A stretch of 64,000 nt of DNA from an uncultured Gammaproteobacteria bacterium (GCA_964443495.1 CAYUCS010000001.1:405496-469495); one strand, 5' to 3'. Positions 24,493-34,900 are shown, numbered from the stretch's first letter. A program made the numbers and translations. Notes: generated by a model not told the origin, from the sequence alone.

Positions 24493-25620
24493 ATGAAAAT
24501 GGAAGGTACAAATTCAAAATCTTTGATGATCGCTGTCCTGATACTGGCGACCTTGCTAGGATTGGGTGGCGGAGTCGTGGGGCAATTGGTTTCACAATCA
24601 TATCTCATGGAATCTTACTTCGGCATCCCGGGAGTCAGCGAAATCAATTTTCCTAAGGACTCCCGTTCCAGCTTGGTCATCAGCGGGCCTAAAAAAGTGG
24701 TGGTGGAGCAGAATGACAAGGTTTACGAAACTGCCCAGTCGGTCAAGGGCAGTTTGGCCGGCATCTATTCTAAAAAAAGTTCGGACGCTCAAGCTTCGGT
24801 CATGGAGCAATATTATCGCCCCAGCGAATTGGCTGGCCAGGCGCTGGTCGTCAGTAGCGATGGCTGGCTGATTACCGATTTCAGGCCGGAAGGCGATGAT
24901 TGGGCCAAGTATGTGGTCGCAGCCAGCAATAAGGAGCTTTTTCAGCCTGATAAGCATATTTATGATAGCGTGTCGGGACTCACGTTCGTGCACGTTCCGG
25001 CCAAGAACCTCTCAGTCAGGAGCTTTGCCGACCCAGCCAATCTTCAAAGCGGCCAGATCGTGCTATCTGTCAATTGGCTGGGCGTAAATCAGGTCAACAT
25101 GATTTCCGATGTCCGCCGTTCTTCGGAGATTGTCAGCCAGACGGACAAATTCAATGAGGAGCTTGCATTGGCCGACAGGATAATCAAGGAAGCAGCCAGT
25201 CCGGTCGTGTTCAATCTAGCCGGTGAAATTGTCGGCTTCATCAATAACCAGGGCAAGGCTCTGCCGGCCACCCAGCTACGGAGCGCCGTTTCCAGCGTAC
25301 TCTTGAAGGGAAAGATCGAGAGGCCTTCGCTCGGCTTGTCATACATCAATTCCGGCAAGCTTATTCCTGATAAGTCCAAAGACTCGTTGCAGCGGCCCGC
25401 TCAGGGCGCGATCATCGTTAAGGGCAGCAATGAAGCTGAGCGTAAGATCGGCCTGAAGGAAGGTGATGTCATCACCCAGGCGGGTGCGGTGGTCATTTCC
25501 GATTCGATGCCGCTCAACGAAGCTTTGCAGTCCTTCAGGGTCGGCGACAAGATCGATCTGGTCTTCTGGCGTGACGGCAAACAGGATGAAGTATCCGTCA
25601 AGGCAAGTCTCTTGAAATAG
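24493..25620 (+). CDS. HtrA-like trypsin-fold plus PDZ protein that appears to lack the catalytic triad
   Basis: N-terminal anchor present. VVSSDGWLITDF occupies the place of SDGYIxTNxHV, PVVFNLAGEIVGF the place of GNSGGP, and the C-terminal region GLKEGDVITQAG...GDKIDLVFWRDGK is PDZ-like. Confidence 0.5.
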   Translation: MKMEGTNSKSLMIAVLILATLLGLGGGVVGQLVSQSYLMESYFGIPGVSEINFPKDSRSSLVISGPKKVVVEQNDKVYETAQSVKGSLAGIYSKKSSDAQASVMEQYYRPSELAGQALVVSSDGWLITDFRPEGDDWAKYVVAASNKELFQPDKHIYDSVSGLTFVHVPAKNLSVRSFADPANLQSGQIVLSVNWLGVNQVNMISDVRRSSEIVSQTDKFNEELALADRIIKEAASPVVFNLAGEIVGFINNQGKALPATQLRSAVSSVLLKGKIERPSLGLSYINSGKLIPDKSKDSLQRPAQGAIIVKGSNEAERKIGLKEGDVITQAGAVVISDSMPLNEALQSFRVGDKIDLVFWRDGKQDEVSVKASLLK

Positions 25621-25642
25621 CTAATCGTATGTCTGATATACG

Positions 25643-25668
25643 GAGGCGCCATCGTGGCGCCTCTTTTT
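25643..25668 (+). terminator. Rho-independent terminator
   Basis: GAGGCGCC-ATCGT-GGCGCCTC followed by TTTTT. Confidence 0.7.
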
Positions 25669-25684
25669 GTTTTGGCGGTAAATA

Positions 25685-25693
25685 TGGTATAAT
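25685..25693 (+). promoter_or_regulatory. Extended -10 element TGGTATAAT upstream of pgk
   Basis: Exact TGGTATAAT, 27 nt upstream of the pgk ATG. Confidence 0.45.
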
Positions 25694-25719
25694 AAGACCA
25701 TTAAATAATTTATACCCAT

Positions 25720-26907
25720 ATGCCGATCCGTTCTATGCGTCAGCTAAAAGATGTGGCTGGCAAAGTTGTTTTTTTACGCGTGGATTTCAACGTTCCTTTA
25801 GCTAACGGCAAGGTCAAGGAGGATTACAAGATAATTGCCGGATTGCCTACGATCAGGTTTTTGCTGAGATACAAAGCCAAGGTGGTGATTGCGACGCACC
25901 TCGGCGATCCTGGCGGCAAGAAGAGCAAAAAATTCACCACGGAGCCGGTGGCTAAAAGGCTGGAGAAACTTCTGGGACAGAAGGTCGTTTTCGTCAAAGA
26001 TTGCATCGGACCGAAAGTGGATAAGGCGGTTGCGGAACTCAAGCCGGGGCAGGTCGTATTCTTGGAGAATCTCCGTTATTATTCAGGCGAGGAAAAGGAT
26101 GACAGGCAATTCGCCAAGCAGCTCGCCCGTCCGGCAGACGTGTACATCAATAACGCTTTCGCCGTTTCTCATCGCGCCCATGCTTCAGTCAGCGCTATCA
26201 AGGCGCACCTGCCTTCGTATGCCGGTCTGCTGCTCGAACAGGAAGTCGCCAGTATCGAACGGGCTTTGAAGCCGAAAAAGCCGCTCGTAGTGGTTATCGG
26301 CGGCGCCAAGATCGGGACCAAGCTGCCGATCATCAAGAACTTTATTAAAAATGCATCTCAGATACTTGTCGGCGGGGCCGTGGCTAATGATTTCTTGCAA
26401 AGCCTAGGATATGAGGTCGGCAAATCGAAAGTTTCCGGCGATGCCAAGCTGGCTAAGCAGGCAATCTCCATGTACAAGAAGGCAGGGAATAAGAAGATTA
26501 TCTTGCCGCTCGACTTAGTGGTGTCAAAAAAGAAAGACGGCAAGGGGCATTTGGCAGTCAAAAGCGTCAGCATGGTGAGCAAGGATGATTATATTTACGA
26601 TATCGGGCCCAAGACGATCAGCTTTTATAGCCGCTATTTGAAACAGGCGAATACGATTGCTTGGAACGGTCCGATGGGCTGGTTCGAACAGGACAGCTTC
26701 AAGCATGGCACAGTCGCGCTTGCGCGAGTGATGGCTGCCAGGTCCAGCGGCCGCGCCTTCGGCGTCGTTGGCGGAGGTGAGACGGTCGAGGCTTTGAAGA
26801 TGGCCGGAATGTTCGACCAGGTCGATTGGGTTTCTACCGGCGGCGGCGCGATGCTCGATTTTTTGGCAGGCGAACCGATGCCCGGCCTGAAAGGATTAAT
26901 CAAATAG
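25720..26907 (+). CDS. pgk: Phosphoglycerate kinase
   Basis: RVDFNVPL, the ATHLGDP context, NAFAVSHRAHAS and STGGGAMLDFLAG. Confidence 0.95.
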   Translation: MPIRSMRQLKDVAGKVVFLRVDFNVPLANGKVKEDYKIIAGLPTIRFLLRYKAKVVIATHLGDPGGKKSKKFTTEPVAKRLEKLLGQKVVFVKDCIGPKVDKAVAELKPGQVVFLENLRYYSGEEKDDRQFAKQLARPADVYINNAFAVSHRAHASVSAIKAHLPSYAGLLLEQEVASIERALKPKKPLVVVIGGAKIGTKLPIIKNFIKNASQILVGGAVANDFLQSLGYEVGKSKVSGDAKLAKQAISMYKKAGNKKIILPLDLVVSKKKDGKGHLAVKSVSMVSKDDYIYDIGPKTISFYSRYLKQANTIAWNGPMGWFEQDSFKHGTVALARVMAARSSGRAFGVVGGGETVEALKMAGMFDQVDWVSTGGGAMLDFLAGEPMPGLKGLIK

Positions 26908-26913
26908 TCGGAT

Positions 26914-27459
26914 ATGTTCAATCTCCGCAACCAAAAATCAGGCTTCACTTTGATCGAGGTCTTGGTCGTTATCGCGATAATCGGTATCCTGTCCACTCTT
27001 GGCAACGCGGCATACTCCTATGCCAGGAACAAGGCCAAGTCGGTCAAGGCTGGTGCTGATGCGGAGCAGATAGAAAAGGCGATCAGCGTCATGGCCAACG
27101 ATACTTTGCTTTGGCCGGGCGGGCAAACGGTTGAAAAAGTCAATTTGGCGGCCGGTACGGAAATTTGTAATTATCCAGCCGATAATTGCGCGTATGATCT
27201 GGCTAATCCGTCTGCCGGACTGGTTGCCACAGACGGTTCATTCCTCGGATGGAACGGACCGTACATGTCCAGCATCCCCAAGGATCCTTGGGGCAACCAA
27301 TATTTTTTCGATACGCATTACCAGATCCAGCTCGACGGCTCGCCGTGTGACGGGGAGAGCACTTGCGTGCCGGCAGCAGTAGTCGGTTCTTACGGCCCGA
27401 ACGGTGTCGGCAACAGGCTGTATGATAGCGACGATATCATAAGGATAATGGCTAAATAA
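26914..27459 (+). CDS. Prepilin-type N-terminal domain protein, GspG-like pseudopilin/pilin
   Basis: Prepilin signal MFNLRNQKSG|FTLIEVLVVIAIIGIL with E at +5. PKDPWGNQYFF resembles the GspG signature. Confidence 0.8.
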   Translation: MFNLRNQKSGFTLIEVLVVIAIIGILSTLGNAAYSYARNKAKSVKAGADAEQIEKAISVMANDTLLWPGGQTVEKVNLAAGTEICNYPADNCAYDLANPSAGLVATDGSFLGWNGPYMSSIPKDPWGNQYFFDTHYQIQLDGSPCDGESTCVPAAVVGSYGPNGVGNRLYDSDDIIRIMAK

Positions 27460-27474
27460 ATAAATTCAATAATT

Positions 27475-28776
27475 ATGGCTAAAATCGATAAAATCCACGC
27501 CCGGGAGATATTGGATTCGCGCGGCAACCCAACGGTTGAAACCAAGGTCTATCTCTCTGACGGTACCGTAGCCAAGGCTAGCGTGCCTTCGGGCGCTTCT
27601 ACCGGGGTTCATGAAGCTTGGGAGCTGCGCGACGGTGATAAGCAGCGTTATGAAGGCCAGGGAGTTTTGCAGGCCGTGAAGAATGTAAATGAATCCATCA
27701 GCAAGGCCGTGATCGGGATGGAGGCCGATGATCAGGAGGCGCTCGATCACGCCATGATAAAATTAGATGGCACAGAGAATAAATCGAAGCTTGGCGCCAA
27801 CGCCATACTTAGCGTTTCCCTGGCTTGCGCCAGGGCAGCGGCAATGTCACGGAAGCAGGAACTCTATGCCTATCTGGCTGAAAGCTTCAGTTTTTCGAAG
27901 GATTACCGCCTGCCAACGCCGTCATTCAATATCTTTAACGGCGGCAAGCATGCCGATACCAACCTTGATTTCCAAGAGTTCATGATCCTTCCCTTGAGCC
28001 AGGTCAGTTTCAAGGAGAAAGTGAGGATGGGGTCGGAGATCTTCCATAGCCTGGGCCGCGTGCTTAAATCTGCCGGTTTCGATACCGATGTCGGCAACGA
28101 GGGCGGCTACGCCCCGGATATCGTTTCCAGCATCCAAGCCATCGAGTTGATCGTGGCTTCGATGATCAAAGCCGGGTACAAGCCGGGCAAAGAGATCGGA
28201 CTTGGCATCGATGTCGGTTCATCGCAACTATTCAATCCGGAGACGGGCAAATACATCTTCAAGCTGGACCAGGCGACTTTTTCCAATAGCACCTTGGTCG
28301 GCCTCTATCACGAGTGGTGGCGCAAGTTCCCGATAATCTCGATCGAGGACGGCTTGGCTGAAGACGATTGGGCTGGCTGGCGCGATCTGACCAAGGAGCT
28401 GGGCGGCGAAATGCTTCTGATCGGCGACGACTTGTTCGTGACCAATACGGCCCGTTTGCGCAAGGGCATCAAGGAAAAGGTGGCCAATGCTATCCTGATC
28501 AAAGTCAATCAGGTCGGCACCCTGACCGAAACCATCGAGTGCATCAAATTAGCCCAGAAGCATAAGTACAAGATCATGGTCTCGCACCGTTCCGGCGAGA
28601 CTTCGGACGATTTCATCGCCGACCTGGCGGTGGCGGTCGGAGCCGAATACATCAAGTCCGGCTCACTGTCTCGCAGCGAGCGTTTAGCCAAGTATAATCG
28701 TTTGATGGAAATCGAAGATATCATCGAATCGCAAACCAAACCAAAGACAAAACATGCAAAAGTTAAAAGTAAGTAA
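27475..28776 (+). CDS. eno: Enolase
   Basis: ILDSRGNPTVE, SGASTG, IKVNQVGTLTET and SHRSGETSD. Confidence 0.95.
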   Translation: MAKIDKIHAREILDSRGNPTVETKVYLSDGTVAKASVPSGASTGVHEAWELRDGDKQRYEGQGVLQAVKNVNESISKAVIGMEADDQEALDHAMIKLDGTENKSKLGANAILSVSLACARAAAMSRKQELYAYLAESFSFSKDYRLPTPSFNIFNGGKHADTNLDFQEFMILPLSQVSFKEKVRMGSEIFHSLGRVLKSAGFDTDVGNEGGYAPDIVSSIQAIELIVASMIKAGYKPGKEIGLGIDVGSSQLFNPETGKYIFKLDQATFSNSTLVGLYHEWWRKFPIISIEDGLAEDDWAGWRDLTKELGGEMLLIGDDLFVTNTARLRKGIKEKVANAILIKVNQVGTLTETIECIKLAQKHKYKIMVSHRSGETSDDFIADLAVAVGAEYIKSGSLSRSERLAKYNRLMEIEDIIESQTKPKTKHAKVKSK

Positions 28777-30334
28777 GCCGACTATTCTCGTCATACTTGA
28801 CGGCTGGGGTATTGATCAGGCGAATCGCGGAAACGCAATCACTTTGTCAAAGACTCCGAATCTTAATTACCTCTTAAAGAACTATCCCAGCACGCAGCTG
28901 GGCGCTTCGGGGCGTTTTGTCGGTCTGCCGAACGGCCAAGACGGCAACAGCGAGGCTGGCCACATGAACCTCGGGGCCGGTCGCATCGCCGAGCAGGATG
29001 CTGTCCGCATCAGCCGCAACATAACCAACGGCACTTTTTTCAAGAATCCGGCTTTTCTCGAAGCAGTCAATCACGCCAAGGAGAACGGCGGCAACGTCCA
29101 TCTGATGGGCATGCTCGGGAACAATATGACAGCTCACAGCGATCCTGATCACCTGCTGGCCCTGATTGCCTTCTTGAAAAAAGAGGGGGTGCAAAGGATC
29201 AATCTGCATCTTTTCACGGATGGCCGCGATTCGCCTAAGTATGCCGCCATAAAGCTGATGCGCCAGCTTGAGAAGTCATTTACCGGCGTTGAAACTATCA
29301 ATACGGTCATGGGCCGCTTTTACGCCATGGACCGCAAGAAAGTCTGGCAGCGGACCGAGATGGCGTACAATGTCTTGGTCGAAGGCGGCTGCGAGGCTGC
29401 TGAGTGCCGCTGGTCATTGAATCCGGAAGAGGCGATTACCGAAGCTTATAATCGCGGCGAGAGCGATGAATTCATCCTGCCGTACATCATCGGACGTCCA
29501 GGCAAGCCTTATCCTCGCATTGCTGACGGAGACAGCGTCATTTTCTTCAACTTGCGTTCCGACCGCGCTCGACAGCTGGCTAAAGCCTTCGTCCAGCCGA
29601 ATTTCAACGAGTTGAATCCGGGATCGTTCAAGCGGCGGGTCGTTTTCAAGAACTTGTGCTTCGTGGCCATGACCGACTTCGGTCCGGATTTGGATAGCAT
29701 TCTTTCGGCATTTCCGAGTCCTGACCTGACTGATACCTTGCCGATGCAGCTTAAGGAGAGAAGTCAGCTGTATATCGCTGAAACCGAAAAATATGCGCAC
29801 GTCACATACTTTTTCAATGGCGGATATTCCGATCCGGTCGCGGGTGAATCACGGATCCTGGTGCCGTCGCCGGATGTCCGGTCTTATGATGAAACGCCGG
29901 AAATGAGCTCAAAGGAGTTGGTCAAGGAAGTCGTCAGCAACCTGAAAAAGAAGAAATTCGATTTCACTGCCTTGAATTTCGCCGCACCGGACATGATCGG
30001 CCACACCGGAAATCTTGAGGCGGCGATCAAATGCTGCGAAGCCGTCGATGGCTATGTCGGCAAGCTGGTCGAGGCGTACCACAAAATCGGCGGCACGCTC
30101 ATTATTACGGCTGACCATGGCAATATCGAGCGCATGATCAATCTCCAGACCGGCGAGATAGACACCGAGCACACCACCAACCCCGTGCCGTTCATCTTGG
30201 TCAACCAAGAATTAAGGAATCGGGCAAAGCTTCGTAACGATGGCGTACTGGGCGATGTGGCTCCGACTATCCTGGACCTGTTCGGACTCCCGCTACCTAA
30301 GGCGATGGCCCGTAAAAGCTTATTGTTAAGATAA
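28754..30334 (+). CDS. gpmI: 2,3-bisphosphoglycerate-independent phosphoglycerate mutase, paralog 1 (more divergent)
   Basis: ILDGWG, GNSEAGHMNLGAGR, FTDGRDSP, TEKYAHVTYFFNGG, PDMIGHTG and TADHGN. Overlaps eno by 23 nt. Confidence 0.85.
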   Translation: MQKLKVSKPTILVILDGWGIDQANRGNAITLSKTPNLNYLLKNYPSTQLGASGRFVGLPNGQDGNSEAGHMNLGAGRIAEQDAVRISRNITNGTFFKNPAFLEAVNHAKENGGNVHLMGMLGNNMTAHSDPDHLLALIAFLKKEGVQRINLHLFTDGRDSPKYAAIKLMRQLEKSFTGVETINTVMGRFYAMDRKKVWQRTEMAYNVLVEGGCEAAECRWSLNPEEAITEAYNRGESDEFILPYIIGRPGKPYPRIADGDSVIFFNLRSDRARQLAKAFVQPNFNELNPGSFKRRVVFKNLCFVAMTDFGPDLDSILSAFPSPDLTDTLPMQLKERSQLYIAETEKYAHVTYFFNGGYSDPVAGESRILVPSPDVRSYDETPEMSSKELVKEVVSNLKKKKFDFTALNFAAPDMIGHTGNLEAAIKCCEAVDGYVGKLVEAYHKIGGTLIITADHGNIERMINLQTGEIDTEHTTNPVPFILVNQELRNRAKLRNDGVLGDVAPTILDLFGLPLPKAMARKSLLLR

Positions 30335-30337
30335 TAT

Positions 30338-31936
30338 ATGTTAAGCAAAGATCAGCAATTAAAGAAACCGAAACCCGTCGTCTTGGCCGTTCTTGACGGT
30401 TGGGGTATCGTGCAGCCTTACAGCGGCAACGCTATCAGCCAGGCTAACATTCCGACCATGAAGGAACTGATCGCCAAATATCCTGCCATGACCATCCGTG
30501 CCTCCGGCGAGGCGGTCGGATTGCCCTGGGGCAAGGATGGCAACAGCGAGGTCGGCCATCTGAATCTGGGCATGGGCCGGATCATGTATCAGGATCTGCC
30601 TAGGATCAATAAATCGATAAATGACAACAGTTTCTATCAGAATCAAGCCCTGATCGATGCGATCAAGCACGTCAAGAGCAATAGTTCCAAACTCCATGTC
30701 ATGGGACTGGTTTCGAACGGAGGCGTCCATGCCTCTATCGAGCATCTGCAGGCCTTGCTCGTACTGGCGAAGGAACAGGGAGTGGAGCAGGTTTATATCC
30801 ACGCCATCCTGGACGGCAGGGATACGCCCTATAACAGCGGTTTGAATTATCTTAAGGATATCACCCGCACGATCGCCGAATACGGTGTCGGCAAGATCGC
30901 TACCATATCCGGACGCTTCTACCCTATGGATCGAGACAATCATTGGGATCGCATCGAGAAAGCTTATCTCGCGATGACCGCGGGTCAGGGCAATAAGGCC
31001 AGTGATCCGGTCATGGCCATCGAGGATAGCTATGGCAAGAAAATATACGATGAGGAATTCGTGCCCACGGTTATCGAACAGGGAGGCAAGCCGGTCGGCT
31101 TGGTCGAGCAAGGCGATTCATTGATATTTTTCAATTACCGTCCCGATCGCGCCAGGCAGATTACTAAGGCCTTTGCCTTGCCGAGCTTCGACAAATTCAG
31201 CCGTCCCAAATATCTGACAGACCTGCTCTTCGTTTGCTTTACTGAGTATGAGAAAGATATTCCGGTCGAGGTAGCCTTTCCTCCTGAAGAGATCAAGGAT
31301 ACGTTGGGTGAAATCATTGCCAATGCCGGATTGAAACAGCTGCGAATCGCCGAAACCGAGAAGTACGCCCATGTCACATATTTTTTCAATGGCGGCAGGG
31401 AAACCAAATCGGAGGGCGAAACGCATGATCTCGTGCCTTCGCCGCCGGTGCCTAGTTATGACATGAAGCCGGAAATGTCGGCCTTCGAGGTGACTGACAA
31501 GCTTATCAAGGCTATCAATGAAGATCTCTATGATTTCATCCTGGTAAACTTTGCTAACGCTGACATGGTCGGGCATACTGGAAATATCCGAGCCACAAGT
31601 CAGGCATGCGAGGCGGTCGATAAATGCGTCAAGCGCCTGGTCGATGCCGTGCTGCCGAAGGGCGGAGTGATAATGATTACGGCTGATCACGGCAACGCCG
31701 AGGCCAAGTTTAACATGCAGACTGGCAGCATCTCGAAAGAACATACCGCCAACCCCGTTCCATTCATTATCGTGGGCAAAGAATTCGAGGGCCGACGGAT
31801 CGGCGGCCAAGACGCGTTCGGCGGCGACTTAAGCCTTGTCCAGCCGCAGGGAATCCTGTCCGACGTCGCTCCGACCGTCTTGCGCATATTGGGATTAGAG
31901 AAGCCAGAAGCGATGACCGGCAGGTCACTGGTCTGA
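30338..31936 (+). CDS. gpmI: 2,3-bisphosphoglycerate-independent phosphoglycerate mutase, paralog 2
   Basis: VLDGWG, GNSEVGHLNLGMGR, NGGVHAS, ILDGRDTP, TEKYAHVTYFFNGG, NFANADMVGHTG and TADHGN. Confidence 0.9.
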   Translation: MLSKDQQLKKPKPVVLAVLDGWGIVQPYSGNAISQANIPTMKELIAKYPAMTIRASGEAVGLPWGKDGNSEVGHLNLGMGRIMYQDLPRINKSINDNSFYQNQALIDAIKHVKSNSSKLHVMGLVSNGGVHASIEHLQALLVLAKEQGVEQVYIHAILDGRDTPYNSGLNYLKDITRTIAEYGVGKIATISGRFYPMDRDNHWDRIEKAYLAMTAGQGNKASDPVMAIEDSYGKKIYDEEFVPTVIEQGGKPVGLVEQGDSLIFFNYRPDRARQITKAFALPSFDKFSRPKYLTDLLFVCFTEYEKDIPVEVAFPPEEIKDTLGEIIANAGLKQLRIAETEKYAHVTYFFNGGRETKSEGETHDLVPSPPVPSYDMKPEMSAFEVTDKLIKAINEDLYDFILVNFANADMVGHTGNIRATSQACEAVDKCVKRLVDAVLPKGGVIMITADHGNAEAKFNMQTGSISKEHTANPVPFIIVGKEFEGRRIGGQDAFGGDLSLVQPQGILSDVAPTVLRILGLEKPEAMTGRSLV

Positions 31937-31941
31937 CATTT

Positions 31942-34900
31942 TTGCATAAATATTTTATGACTAGCAAAGCGGAAAAATTATTCATCCTCCCGGTTACGGC
32001 CTTGTTAGCCCTCTGCATCGGCTGGGCCATCGCCGCCCCTTCGCCGGACGCCATCGGCGTCCGCGTCGCCCCTAACCCCAAGCATTACTCCGCCGCCCGC
32101 TGGTACCAGACCCAGGGGTTCAAAGGCTCCCCTCAGGCCCTCATCGTCGACGGCTACGAAGCCATCCGCGACGGCCGCACCGTCTACATCGACGTGGCCA
32201 ACGTGGTCGAGGCGGCCCCGGCCAACAACGAGCTCTCGACCAACGACCAATTCTTCACCAATATCTTCATCATCTCCTACAACCAGGACGCCGAGAAGGC
32301 CACCGAGGACATCTTCGGCCAGATCCTGGCCAATTGGAAGTTCAACAACAACATCCTCAAGGCCGGCGCCTGCAGCCAGACGGCCACCCAATCCTGCACC
32401 TATCCCCCTGCCTGCATCGCTCCCGACTGCCCGACCTGCGCCAAGGACGAATACTGCGTCAGCTCCCATGAGGTCTCGGTCCGCGACACCAAGCGCCTCG
32501 CCGACCTCGCCGACCTGAACGACCTGCTCGATGCCTACAAGGCCAAGAACGGCGGCCTCTGTCCCAAGCTCGAATCCGGCTCCTACCTCCCGAACAAATC
32601 CGTCTCCACCTGGCCCTCCTGGCAGGAGACCCTAGGCAAGGCCCTGGGCGCCAACCTGCCGTTCGACCCCATCAACAAGATGGGCGCCTGCGCCGGGTTC
32701 AACGCCAAGACCTGCTGGAACGAGGCCACCCGCGCCTTCGCCGATCCCACCCCGGCCGACGCCAACTTCGACCTGCCTGACGGCAGCCGGGCGTATGTCT
32801 ACATGTCCAGTCCCGACGGCAGAAGCTGCGGCTTTTTCGTCACTACCGAGTCCGGCCTCATCTGTAATGCCGCGGGCACTTGCACGGTCGGGAATAATCT
32901 GGGGACGCCTAATCCTTTTTCCGTTTTGCCTGGCGCGATCGTTTCCGTCGGCGGCGCTACGAATACTCCGCCAACCCTCGTTTGCGGCAGCATGTCTTCT
33001 TTTCCCAAGGATCCATTTGGCGGCTTCGTTTCCGCTTTTGATATCGATCGCGATCCGATCAGCGGCTGGCAGGTCGAGCCGCTTGCGCCGGCTAATTGGG
33101 CCGCCTGGCAGGCGGCAGGCTGGGTTTGGCAGGGCGGACAAACAGGTTTGGTCTTTGCCAATACGGCCGTAGCCAATCAGAAAAAGCTTACGGCCCAGCA
33201 AGGAGGAAACACCGGCAATTATCAAGTCCGTGTCACCGTGTCGGATGGCAGCGCGACTTCAAGCAAGATATGCAACGTTTCCATGGGCGCCTCCTTGCCC
33301 ATAATCCAGGCCTTGAACGTCAAGGTCAAGGCTGGAAATATGGCCACGACTACGATTTTCGGTTACGAGACCAACAAGAACTACGGCCTATCATTTACAT
33401 TCACTGGCGATAGCGGCGGAGGGCCGATCGCCAATTTCTTGACATGCACCTCAACTAGCCCGATCCTGGGCGAACCTGACGGAAAATACAATTGCTACAT
33501 CAACCAGAAAATAACCTATCAGCCGGGGGTCTATAACGTGACAGTAACTGGCATCGACACTCAGGGGGATACGGCCATGACCAGTTTCATTTTCGATATT
33601 ACGAACACGCCGCCCCGGGTTGACGCCGTGGTTTGTGATCCGGTCATACGCGCGTTAGGTGGCTACTCTTGTACTATCACCGGCGTTGATGATGAGGGCA
33701 ACGCGATTACTAACTATTCGGTGGTCAATCTGCCTCCTGGACTGGCCGTCTCCACCGCCGGAAATGTCGGCACCATCAGCGGCATTCCAGCCCTTGTCGG
33801 CGCCGGTCCGCATAATCTGTCGATTACTGCAACCGACGAATATGGCTTCACCGGTCCTGCCACTACTTTCAACTTGCAAGTCAATAATTTCTGCGGCGAT
33901 AATGTCCGCCAGCAGCCAAACACCGAAGGAGCAGGCGGCTCGCCTGCCGGAACGGAGCAATGCGACGGTACGGACGGAGTGGCGGCCAACCCGCCGCTGA
34001 GCAATGCCGGGCGCCAGTATGGCTGCACCACCGTCGGCACCAACGTCCAATTGACCGGCAACCAATTCACCGGAACCGATGCCTCTTGCGGCCTTGCCGG
34101 ACCGAATGTCACCGGATCATGCAACGGGGCCTTTTGGACCTATAATTTAGTCACGCCCGCCGTCAGCCAATTTTATCTCACGGTTGAAACCAGCAATTGG
34201 GGCACCTCGCCTTACGGTTCGCTCGAGGCTTTCGCGCCTGCCGGCGGCGAGGAAAACGTCTGCCCGCAGGCAGGCGTCCAGCATCATGTCCGCGTGCTGG
34301 TAGACGGCAATTACAAGGGCGAGTTCTGCGCCAATGCCGTCGCCCCAGGCGGCGCCAATGTCTTCAGCAATGTCGCCCTCGGGGCCCTGTTCGGCGGCAA
34401 TCATGTCTTGCGCCTCGAATGGGACAACGACTGGACGTACAACCCGGATGCTATTTGGGGAACGGCCGATGATGCTGATTCGAATATTAAGATTTATACT
34501 ATCAAAGCCGAGGACAAGCCATGTCCTGAGGGCGGCAACTGCGCCGGAACCTGCATGCAGTTCGGCGGCTATTGCGGCGACGGCATCGTCCAGGCCGAAT
34601 ACAACGAGAACTGCGAGGATGCGATCACCGATTCGGCGCAGCGATGCGGCATCCTGAATTCGAACACTATCCTTGACTCGGATGGCAGCGCTTTCGATTG
34701 CACGACCCTGTCGAACAACACTATCGGCCAGACAGGCATCGACAGCCTTTATACTGCTCTTTGCGACTCCTGCCAGATCGGCTGCCAAGCCGACCCGAAC
34801 AGGAACAAGTTGGGCATGGGCTGCTATCTGGGACAAGCCAGCCCGAACGCAGCCCCGCCGGCCGGCTCGTGCCAGAAGGGCGTCTGGGTCTGCCAAGCCA

